Made by a program: the position numbers and the translations under genes. Shown in pieces: positions 8,420 to 15,865 of a stretch of 64,000 bases of DNA. The notes beneath the pieces are model-generated. The model was given only the letters and a program-made list of their open reading frames with translations. It was not told where the DNA came from and did no database searches. Position 1 is the first letter of the stretch; each line of letters opens with the position of its first letter. This DNA is from a virus: positions 8,440 to 72,439 of IMG/VR virus record IMGVR_UViG_3300004463_000262; one strand, written 5' to 3'.

Positions 8420-8448
8420 CTTTCTTGTGAAGACCAAAGGAACGTCTT

Positions 8449-8533
8449 CGGTATGTGGCGAAATTGGTAGCCGCATCCGGCTGGAAACCGGACAGCACTT
8501 TGTGCTTTGCGGGTTCGACTCCCGTCATACTTA
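8449..8533 (+). tRNA. second tRNA with GGA anticodon (Ser-like, atypical acceptor end)
   Basis: tccgg-ctggaaa-ccgga, long variable arm, unpaired first base pair. Confidence 0.65.
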
Positions 8534-8893
8534 ACAGCGTATAGTCTTTGAGAGCAAGAAAAGATATCACTGATGATAATGCTTTGTGCGCATCGGTGAA
8601 GACTCGTGAACAACCTGCTGATTGGGTTAGAGACTAACGAAGATCAGGGAAACGACTGTATGAAAGCGCCCACGACATGTTCGTGTTCGGCCAAGGCGGT
8701 ATATACTTGCTAAGTTCTCATTAGAGGGCCGTTATTCATCCGAGGCGGCGCCTCATGACTAGAAAGCTTAAGATCCTTTCGGTGATGAGCGTAGGATGGG
8801 CCACTTAGCGAAGGATGTAATCGCGTTGGGATTTGCAGCGAAAGTTCTTGTAGTTGCTCAGCTAATTCAACCAGTAAGGCACAGCGAGTCCAA

Positions 8894-9198
8894 GGGGATG
8901 TATTGGTTTCGACGTGGAACTGATGTATCAACTGCGATCCGTGTTGATCAGGCACGTAAAAGGATCAATCAAATAGAAGCAAACGCCATTAAGAGCGTAT
9001 CGGCATGGCTTCGCGGTTCAGTCCGCCAGCCTGCCTTGGTTGCAGCATAACCAGGAAACCTAATATGCTGAGACAGTCGGGAAAGACCGGCACGTAAGTT
9101 GCAATATCCGTTGTAAGTTGCTACACTTTACGTAGCTATGATCGTAGTAAGTTGGTACTTAGGTTGTACGGACGCCGGTTCGAGTCCGGCCATCTCCA
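8894..9198 (+). ncRNA. ssrA: tmRNA
   Basis: 5' GGGGATG…GGTTTCGAC, 3' GGACGCCGGTTCGAGTCCGGCCATCTCCA; internal tag ANAIKSVSAWLRGSVRQPALVAA*. Confidence 0.92.
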
Positions 9199-9220
9199 TA
9201 TAACGTGACAGGAAGGAAAC

Positions 9221-9421
9221 ATGGCTAGATTGAGCAAGGTATATGTGGCTTTCTTCCACGACAAGGGAAAGCGTTCTTTCGCGACAGAGAAGATTGCTGC
9301 CCGTAATTACGAAGCGGCTATGGAAGTGGCCGAGACATGGGCGATCAGCAAGTATCATGGTCGTGTAAAGGAAATCAAGATCGAGAAGTCCAAAGGAGAG
9401 ATTCTACTTGGCGACGATTAA
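9221..9421 (+). CDS. hypothetical protein
   Basis: AGGAAGGA RBS, ATG, overlaps rpsL start. Confidence 0.65.
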   Translation: MARLSKVYVAFFHDKGKRSFATEKIAARNYEAAMEVAETWAISKYHGRVKEIKIEKSKGEILLGDD

Positions 9422-9800
9422 TCAGTTGGTCAGAAAGGGCAGGAGCAAGCCGAAGCCGAAGAGCAAGGCACCGGCTCTGGACGCCAATCCGCAACTACGT
9501 GGAACCGTTGTCCGCACGATGGCTCTTGATCCGAAGAAGCCTAACTCTGCGAAGCGTCATTGTTGTCGCGTCAGGCTATCGAACGGCAAAGAAGTGAACG
9601 CATACGTCCCTGGTCGTGGGATGAACATCCAGGAGCATCACTCGGTGCTCATTCGTGGTGGTCGAGTCCCGGATCTACCTGGGGTTCGCTACAAGGTCAT
9701 CCGAGGCACGATGGATTGCCAGGGTGTCTCCGATGAAGAGGGTAACGTTCCTCGCAGGCAGAGTCGTTCGAAGTACGGAGTGAAGAAGAACGTCAAATGA
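9408..9800 (+). CDS. rpsL: ribosomal protein S12 (divergent)
   Basis: [12 protein letters not shown]…PKKPNSA…[13 protein letters not shown]…RSKYGVK. Confidence 0.95.
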   Translation: MATINQLVRKGRSKPKPKSKAPALDANPQLRGTVVRTMALDPKKPNSAKRHCCRVRLSNGKEVNAYVPGRGMNIQEHHSVLIRGGRVPDLPGVRYKVIRGTMDCQGVSDEEGNVPRRQSRSKYGVKKNVK

Positions 9801-9976
9801 GTGAGCATTTCCATCAAGACGAAGAAGGTATCTGGCACAAGTGTTACCATAAGTCTCGTGGTTTGCTTACCAATTTGCAGTTCTGGATAGGACTCACTCT
9901 AGGTTTTCCTGTTGAGCATTTGCTCTGGGAAAAGGTTTGGCCCTTCTACCATCTCACAAGATGGTGGGGTCTATAG
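9797..9976 (+). CDS. 59-aa Trp/His-rich small protein
   Basis: ATGA overlap with rpsL stop; [18 protein letters not shown]…WWGL*. Confidence 0.6.
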   Translation: MSEHFHQDEEGIWHKCYHKSRGLLTNLQFWIGLTLGFPVEHLLWEKVWPFYHLTRWWGL

Positions 9977-10064
9977 CAACGTACCGGGTGTCATAAAGTG
10001 GCATCAGTTCTGGAAAATCCAACCAGAGGCGGACATTAGTTTTGCTGGGCGAATGGGTAAACTA

Positions 10065-10135
10065 GGTACCTTGGCCGAGTGGTTAGGTATGAGGCTGCAA
10101 CCCTCATTATGTCGGTTCGATTCCGACAGGTACCT
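10065..10135 (+). tRNA. tRNA-Cys(GCA), second copy
   Basis: tgagg-ctgcaac-cctca, U73. Confidence 0.9.
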
Positions 10136-10275
10136 CTGCACCACTCTATTCCTTGTTTGAATAGGGTCTATTGAACGCTCGTCCCGACGCGACTGCCATC
10201 GTTAGAGGGAGCAGCAAGCTGAGTTTGGCAGAACTAACAGGTAATATCGGTACGAATCCGAAGCGTTCAAATTTT

Positions 10276-10357
10276 GCCCCCTTGCTGGAATTGGCATACA
10301 GGAGCGGCTTAAACCCGCTTGCCGCAAGGCTTCAGGGTTCGAGTCCCTGAGGGGGTA
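10276..10357 (+). tRNA. tRNA-Leu(TAA)
   Basis: agcgg-cttaaac-ccgct. Confidence 0.9.
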
Positions 10358-10467
10358 TTATGTACAAGTTATATCTCTGGATAATATCCAGAAGAATTAG
10401 ATCAAGAAGATTAGAGCGACTATTACAATCCTATTTAGGAAAGAGATGGCGCTTAGGTAAGTTATAA

Positions 10468-10542
10468 GCCCGCTTAGCAGAATTGGTATATGCACTGCTC
10501 TCAAAAAGCAGGATTTTCTGAGTTCGAATCTCAGAGCGGGTA
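10468..10542 (+). tRNA. tRNA-Leu(CAA), short variable arm
   Basis: ctgct-ctcaaaa-agcag. Confidence 0.85.
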
Positions 10543-10665
10543 CTTACCCACGAGTCTAGTAACATCTACCCCTAGGGCCATGAACAGGCGAGTCCGTGGT
10601 TTACTAGTGATCGGCGGTAGAACGTCTAGGGGCGTTCGAGATGTTGTTGGTGAGCGTGGGTTTAC

Positions 10666-10739
10666 GGCCGTATAGCTCAATCAGGCAGAGCAAGGGACTT
10701 TTAATCCTTAGGTTGTGGGTTCGATTCCTACTGCGGTCA
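10666..10739 (+). tRNA. tRNA-Lys(TTT)
   Basis: aggga-cttttaa-tcctt. Confidence 0.9.
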
Positions 10740-10767
10740 ACGAAGGGTTCATATTCTATACTCTAAT

Positions 10768-11220
10768 ATGAACCTTATCTATTACAGAATAGATAGAATG
10801 CCATATAAAGATCCTATTAGACAGAAACAAGCACAACGTGAATCCTATCTTAGGAACAAAGAGAAAGTTTTGGGAGTAAGGGTCAGGGCGATTCAAAGGA
10901 ATAAAGAATATGTCTTGAATTATTTGCTGAACAATCCTTGTGTTGATTGCGGAGAAGATGATCCAGTCGTGTTAGAGTTTGATCATCTACGAGATAAATC
11001 TTGGAATGTTTCTGCTCTAATAAAGAGAACATATTCTACTGATCGTATACAGGAAGAGATTGAGAAATGCGAAGTAGTCTGTGCAAACTGTCATCGAAGA
11101 CGAGAAGCAGTTAAAGGTAATCATTTTCGCCTCATTAGCTCAGTGGACAGAGCACGAGCCTTCGACACTAGAAATTTGTTCGAATCAAACAAGAGACTAT
11201 ATGATGGATACGCTTGGTAG
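10768..11220 (+). CDS. HNH endonuclease
   Basis: MPYKD (likely start 10798)…CVDCG…LEFDH…[10 protein letters not shown]. Confidence 0.85.
   Translation: MNLIYYRIDRMPYKDPIRQKQAQRESYLRNKEKVLGVRVRAIQRNKEYVLNYLLNNPCVDCGEDDPVVLEFDHLRDKSWNVSALIKRTYSTDRIQEEIEKCEVVCANCHRRREAVKGNHFRLISSVDRARAFDTRNLFESNKRLYDGYAW
11129..11198 (+). pseudogene. degenerate tRNA-Arg(TCG) inside HNH 3' end
   Basis: D arm tagctcagtggacagagc identical to the next tRNA; broken anticodon and acceptor stems. Confidence 0.6.
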
Positions 11221-11285
11221 CTCAGTGGACAGAGCGGTGCGCTTCGAACGCACGTCAGTCGCGGGTTCGACTCCTGCCCAGGCGA
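11211..11285 (+). tRNA. tRNA-Arg(TCG)
   Basis: gtgcg-cttcgaa-cgcac. Confidence 0.88.
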
Positions 11286-11317
11286 TGAAGATGAGTCCTT
11301 CCAGGGGTATATGTGGT

Positions 11318-11448
11318 CTGATCAGGTTAGGATGTTGGCCTAGAAGTAGCCATCATTTAAAGAGTGGGCGATGGCGGCGGCGGTGCGGCGGGCCGCATCA
11401 TTTGGGTGGTCGTCGGTAAGCGTATTAGCGAAAGCCTTTGAGAATCAG
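11318..11448 (+). ncRNA. 23S rRNA H43/H44 (L11-binding, GTPase-associated centre)-like RNA with insertion
   Basis: AGGATGTTGGCCTAGAAGTAGCCATCATTTAAAGAGTG … GCGTATTAGC. Confidence 0.7.
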
Positions 11449-11548
11449 AAGAATGCCACGGTCGGAGGACATGGATTCTGTGCGATCTGATGAAGACCAA
11501 GGAAACGTCTTTAAGCGTGTAGTCCTTTGGTGTAATAGCACACTATCC

Positions 11549-11577
11549 TTGACAGACACTATGTTTCGTGATACACT
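11549..11577 (+). promoter_or_regulatory. sigma70-type promoter, leaderless
   Basis: TTGACA-17-TACACT, GTG 7 nt downstream. Confidence 0.65.
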
Positions 11578-11584
11578 ACATCCT

Positions 11585-11797
11585 GTGGCACGAAAAAAGA
11601 AAGAAGCCAAAAAGGAAGACGTAAAGTTTGCGAAGTACCTTCCGGGTGAAGCACGTTGGAAGGGTCGAGTGAACAAGACACGTCAAGATCGTTTGGCTAT
11701 TGATGATAGGGATCGCGTACATAACGCAGATCGCGTAAGAAGTTTTTCGCAGAAGCATAAGCCAGCACGTTCGGCGGATTGGCTTAAGTTTCGCTAG
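11585..11797 (+). CDS. small basic protein
   Basis: GTG start after promoter; Lys/Arg-rich. Confidence 0.55.
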   Translation: MARKKKEAKKEDVKFAKYLPGEARWKGRVNKTRQDRLAIDDRDRVHNADRVRSFSQKHKPARSADWLKFR

Positions 11798-11822
11798 AAC
11801 ATTGACAATTTAGGAAGAATTA

Positions 11823-11899
11823 CAGGATGAGGGTGTGCCTGGTTCACCACTCGCCTTGGACGCGAGACATTCTCGTGGGTTCGAATCCCACCATCCTGA
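11823..11899 (+). tRNA. tRNA-Pro(TGG)
   Basis: ctcgc-cttggac-gcgag. Confidence 0.8.
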
Positions 11900-11994
11900 T
11901 CGGGGACTGCTACTGACAAACGACCCAAGGGCTAACCCTAGCGGGCACGTTGGAAACGAGCGGCTGCATGCGCTGACCGCGCAGTTCCTAACTA

Positions 11995-12069
11995 CTAGTT
12001 GTAGGATAGCTTGGTTATTCCACCTGTCTGGGGGACAGGAGATCGGGGGTTCGAATCCCTCCAACTAGA
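11995..12069 (+). tRNA. tRNA-Pro(GGG)
   Basis: cctgt-ctggggg-acagg. Confidence 0.85.
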
Positions 12070-12072
12070 TAA

Positions 12073-12148
12073 CGGAATATGGGAAAGTCTGGTTTAATCC
12101 ACTCGCTTCGGGAGCGAGAGATCGAAGGTTCGAATCCTTCTATTCCGA
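12073..12148 (+). tRNA. tRNA-Pro(CGG)
   Basis: ctcgc-ttcggga-gcgag. Confidence 0.88.
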
Positions 12149-12559
12149 CTGTCGCGGACACGCCGCGCAATCGAAGGTGCGTGTTATAATCAGCCCATTA
12201 AATCCTGGTTGAATGGCCAGTGGGTGTAGGAACGGTGTAACCTACTAAATCCTCCGCTGAAATGCGGGCGCTAGAGAGGTTCTTCGAGCCATTGACCTAG
12301 CGTGTGGTGGAAGCCGTACCTGCCGGATCGGCCATTGCCGGTTCGGGTGAGCCAGGTGGAGGCACGTCTAGTCAACGTGTCGAAAGCGTAGGGCAGCGCG
12401 GCGGTTGCTGGTGGTCGAGGGCGCAGCAACGTATTGACTAAATGGCCTGTCTGTTCGGAGCAGCGGGTACCAGCAGGGGTATGGTGTCAAAACCTGCCCC
12501 TGCTCTAGAGCGACGAGACATTGTTCAGTTACTCCTGATAGATTATCGTCGCTCATCTT

Positions 12560-12630
12560 TCCAAGGTACACTAATGGTAGGTGACGAGACTCTGAATCTC
12601 GTGGTGTTGGTTCGACCCCAGCCCTTGGAG
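12560..12630 (+). tRNA. tRNA-Gln(CTG)
   Basis: cgaga-ctctgaa-tctcg. Confidence 0.85.
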
Positions 12631-12808
12631 CTAAGGCACATGGTAGGTACTCTTGGCCTTTAGGAGTAATAAGCCTGCCAACTATGCTCCCTGCGCACCG
12701 CCCAATTTACAGGCGGGAGGTGGGGGAGCGCCACTCCCCGGAGGCGATCACTTCAAATCTGGGGAGCCAAGGCCAGGGTGCGATCACTTGTCAATCTCTG
12801 GTCGCCAA

Positions 12809-12891
12809 GGGAGTATTACCTAAGTGGACAACAGGTTCCGGCTGTAACCCGGATGCTTCTAGCTTCGGAGGTTCGAATCCTTCTGCTCCCA
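12809..12891 (+). tRNA. tRNA-Tyr(GTA)
   Basis: tccgg-ctgtaac-ccgga, long variable arm. Confidence 0.9.
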
Positions 12892-12957
12892 TCGTCACAC
12901 AGCGGCACCAAGGCCATGCTCGCGAGCAAGCCAAGTGATCGTAACGTGTGACACCTT

Positions 12958-13029
12958 TCCGGGATCGTCTAATGGTAGTGACCTTGGACTTTGAATCCAA
13001 TGATCTAGGTTCGAATCCTAGTCCCGGAG
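12958..13029 (+). tRNA. tRNA-Gln(TTG)
   Basis: ttgga-ctttgaa-tccaa. Confidence 0.9.
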
Positions 13030-13180
13030 CTATGGACTATCCGGTTCATATCACCCTAAATCTTGCAAGTGTGATATGAGTAGTCGATCTGTCGTATTTC
13101 CATGGTTACGCGGCAGGGAGTGTGGGTTCGATTCCCTAAACCGCCATAGTGCGGGGACTGGCGAGATAGTTCCAGATTTT

Positions 13181-13253
13181 GGCCCGTTAGTTCAGCGGTT
13201 AGAGCGCCTGCCTGTCGAGCAGGATGTCACCAGTTCGAATCTGGTACGGGTCG
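13181..13253 (+). tRNA. tRNA-Asp(GTC)
   Basis: cctgc-ctgtcga-gcagg. Confidence 0.88.
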
Positions 13254-13348
13254 TATGGTGCGCTAGGGGGAGTACTACCCCTAGCAGGGAGGTAGCTCGA
13301 AAGAGAGAGTTCATTCGCCGTGGTGAAGGGCGGGATGACAACAACATT

Positions 13349-13423
13349 GGAGTGGTAGTTCAATTCGGTTAGAGCACTGCCCTGTCACGGCAGAAGTTGC
13401 GGGTTCGAGTCCCGTCCATTCCG
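13349..13423 (+). tRNA. tRNA-Asp(GTC), second copy
   Basis: ctgcc-ctgtcac-ggcag. Confidence 0.9.
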
Positions 13424-13641
13424 TAGTCATAGCCCTGCACGCCACGAGGGGTAGATAGTGAGTCTGGTCGGACTCCCGTTTGAGGGTAGATACAGGCTTT
13501 AAACAGTTAGGTACCATCGCGAGTAACGGCTTTCGTTCTATGACTCAGGAGAGGGATTGCAGAGGCACGGTATATGCCCCTTCTAGGACTTCACCGTGAG
13601 TAATACGCCTGGGTTTGGCGCAAGACAGATTCAGGCTCCAT

Positions 13642-13715
13642 ATCAGAGTCGTCTAATGGTCAAGGACTTCAGACTTTCAATCTGAACAATGCGGGTTCGA
13701 CTCCCGTCTCTGATA
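13642..13715 (+). tRNA. tRNA-Glu(TTC)
   Basis: tcaga-ctttcaa-tctga. Confidence 0.88.
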
Positions 13716-13718
13716 CTA

Positions 13719-13792
13719 CAGGAGTTAGCATAATTGGTTAATGCCCCAGACTGTGAATCTGGACGATTTGGGTTCGAATCCCCTGCTCCTGA
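13719..13792 (+). tRNA. tRNA-His(GTG)
   Basis: ccaga-ctgtgaa-tctgg; no encoded G-1. Confidence 0.75.
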
Positions 13793-13795
13793 TAC

Positions 13796-13870
13796 CCTTT
13801 GGTAGCTCAATGGCAGAGCACTGCGCTGTAAGGAACGCAGAGGTTGCGAGTTCGATTCTCGTCCTTAGGT
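13796..13870 (+). tRNA. tRNA-like gene with 10-nt anticodon loop (identity undetermined)
   Basis: ctgcg-ctgtaaggaa-cgcag; canonical D and T arms; two U:U acceptor mismatches. Confidence 0.55.
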
Positions 13871-13874
13871 CTTC

Positions 13875-13946
13875 GCCGAAATAGCTCAGCGGTAGAGCAC
13901 CTGTTTTGTAAGCAGGGTGTCCAGAGTTCGATTCTCTGTTTCGGCT
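13875..13946 (+). tRNA. tRNA-Thr(TGT)
   Basis: cctgt-tttgtaa-gcagg. Confidence 0.9.
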
Positions 13947-14050
13947 TACGCCAGTGGATCAAGTAGATAGCACGAAGCCTTATCTTCGAGTAGATCCTCC
14001 TAAGAATAATCAGTCCAGTAAAATACGTTGGGCTAAAGATTACGAGCTTC

Positions 14051-14123
14051 GCCTGCTTGGTGCTAACGGATAGCATACTGCTTTGGTATAGCAGGGGAGA
14101 CAGTTCGATTCTGTCAGTGGGCT
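14051..14123 (+). tRNA. tRNA-Thr(GGT)
   Basis: ctgct-ttggtat-agcag. Confidence 0.8.
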
Positions 14124-14242
14124 TATGGAAGGGGTCTTGGGTTCGAATCCCAAAGTTAGCTTTGCGCTTATCAGACGTAGCAGACGCCGCACGGATAGCG
14201 TAACCGTGTCCTGATCGTGGGTCAGGTTATCTCCCACGCCAC

Positions 14243-14314
14243 GCTAATCAGGTGTTTCAGGTGGCACACGTCTTTCGTAAGGACGGAGACAGAGTTCGAT
14301 TCTCTGGATTAGCT
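14243..14314 (+). tRNA. tRNA-Thr(CGT)
   Basis: cgtct-ttcgtaa-ggacg. Confidence 0.82.
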
Positions 14315-14317
14315 TAC

Positions 14318-14390
14318 AGACTCATAGCTCAGATGGGAGAGCGCTTCCTTGACGTGGAAGAGGTCACAGGTTCGATCCCTGTTGGGTCTA
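14318..14390 (+). tRNA. tRNA-Val(GAC)
   Basis: cttcc-ttgacgt-ggaag. Confidence 0.9.
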
Positions 14391-14473
14391 TTGGGTAAGA
14401 CTACAGAGCCGTGTGCAGCACGGTAAGGCAGCTAGCACTTGTCTTCCCACCATTTTATGGTATACTGTACTCA

Positions 14474-14731
14474 ATGTGTGAGAAGAGAGAGAAGTTGATC
14501 AAGGAGATTGCCGAGGCAATCAAGCAGGCCGACCTTGAGATGGAACGTCGTCAAGATCTGTTCCATCAAGATTGGGATTGGCAGTTTGAGCAGAGAGCCG
14601 AAGCCGCATTACGTGTAATCGAGCGCAAGGCTGACGTAACTCAAGATAGGATTCTTCCTTGCACTTGTGGTCATAATGGATATGGAGCACATAAAGAAGG
14701 GTGCGCGTTATATGAACAAAGCAGACTATGA
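14474..14731 (+). CDS. hypothetical protein with C-terminal CxCxH…H..C motif
   Basis: ATG 7 nt after TATACT; track ORF starts 14411. Confidence 0.6.
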   Translation: MCEKREKLIKEIAEAIKQADLEMERRQDLFHQDWDWQFEQRAEAALRVIERKADVTQDRILPCTCGHNGYGAHKEGCALYEQSRL

Positions 14732-15089
14732 ATATAAAGCCGGTTATGCTTGTGGTTTTTGGGCCGACGAATTGATCGAAGCGAAAAGGAGAGGATATTC
14801 TTCTTTTCATTATAATCCTGATACTCTTCGGGGAGATCCTAAGTTTGAAATGGGTCGTGCAGATGGCATCGGGGATCGTGAACTAGTTGATGTAGAAAAT
14901 GATGACTCCTTTTTCTTCGCTTTTGATCAGAGCGGTTTTCCGTGGGGGAGCCATATAGAACAGGAGTTCAAAAGGCGAGGATATGAGTTTGAATACCTAG
15001 ATATTTACGGCAAAGTCATCAAAGAACGTCCCGCTCCTATAAAATCCTTATTGCAGTCTTATCGTCTCGTCAAACCAAAGCAGGTATAG
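14712..15089 (+). CDS. RMF-like motif protein
   Basis: YKAGYACG…FEMGRADGIGD. Confidence 0.6.
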   Translation: MNKADYEYKAGYACGFWADELIEAKRRGYSSFHYNPDTLRGDPKFEMGRADGIGDRELVDVENDDSFFFAFDQSGFPWGSHIEQEFKRRGYEFEYLDIYGKVIKERPAPIKSLLQSYRLVKPKQV

Positions 15090-15173
15090 TGGCGGCAATC
15101 GTATTTCCGCAAACCTCGTATATTACCTCCGGGGCACGTAGGGATCAGGGAAGTGGGTTGACCTACAAACTAA

Positions 15174-15247
15174 GCAATAGTAGCTCAGACTGGTAGAGCG
15201 TCACCTTGCCAAGGTGAAAGTCGAGGGTTCGAGTCCTTCTTTGTCTG
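15174..15247 (+). pseudogene. tRNA-Gly(GCC) with replaced 3' acceptor strand
   Basis: Intact D, anticodon (tcacc-ttgccaa-ggtga) and T arms, but the 3' strand does not pair with gcaatag. Confidence 0.7.
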
Positions 15248-15272
15248 GGACTCCTACCTCGTAATAACTGAG

Positions 15273-15638
15273 ATGGCATACAAAGACAAAGAGAAGCAGA
15301 GAGAAGCATCCCTCGCCTCTTATCATCGTAGAAGAAAGAGTGATATAGAGAGAATGAGGCTCGTTAAGAATGAAGCAAAGAAGCGTAGGCGCAAAGAGAA
15401 TTCTGAGTACGTCAACGCTCTGAAAGCGCAACCTTGTGTGGATTGTGGGAATTGTTATCTACCATGTGTGATGGATTTTGATCATGTTCGTGGTGAGAAA
15501 ACTAAGAACATCGCTTTCATGTTAATCAACGATACTTCTCTCGAAAAAATTAAAGAGGAAATTGAGAAGTGCGAATTGGTATGCTCAAATTGTCATCGAA
15601 TTCGCACGCATCAGCGCAGATATAGTGCCAATGGTTAG
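15273..15638 (+). CDS. HNH endonuclease
   Basis: MAYKD…CVDCG…MDFDH…CELVCSNCHR. Confidence 0.85.
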   Translation: MAYKDKEKQREASLASYHRRRKSDIERMRLVKNEAKKRRRKENSEYVNALKAQPCVDCGNCYLPCVMDFDHVRGEKTKNIAFMLINDTSLEKIKEEIEKCELVCSNCHRIRTHQRRYSANG

Positions 15639-15688
15639 CATACCAGATTGCCATTCTGGTGGTACGAGTTCGAATCTCGTTATCTGCT
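15616..15688 (+). tRNA. tRNA-Gly(GCC)
   Basis: ccaga-ttgccat-tctgg, U73. Confidence 0.85.
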
Positions 15689-15786
15689 TGAAGACTATTG
15701 ATAGAGACTAGAAACTCTAGGGTGCAAGTCCCTGGCTCTCCCATAGCTCTGTGTAGGTTATGGGTACACAGTGATAGTCTTCTCCA

Positions 15787-15859
15787 GCACCTATGATGTT
15801 AATGGTTAGCATCTCAGACTTCCAATCTGATCGTGTCGGTTCGAGTCCGACTAGGTGCT
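15787..15859 (+). tRNA. tRNA-Gly(TCC)
   Basis: tcaga-cttccaa-tctga. Confidence 0.9.
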
Positions 15860-15865
15860 CTGAAC

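Noticed and set aside
8796-9050. 84-aa ORF ending in LVAA
   Set aside because: It is the tmRNA tag reading frame extended upstream, not a gene.
11318-11448. A true rRNA gene or host contamination
   Set aside because: Similarity is limited to helices 43-44, interrupted by an insert and flanked by phage sequence.
14127-14161. T arm and acceptor 3' strand after tRNA-Thr(GGT)
   Set aside because: Orphan 3' tRNA remnant with no matching 5' half found.
15692-15744. Possible amber suppressor tRNA (CTA in a hairpin loop plus T-like arm)
   Set aside because: No D arm or 5' acceptor strand, 8-nt loop overlapping the T stem; long genes are intact in the standard code and TAG is used as a stop.
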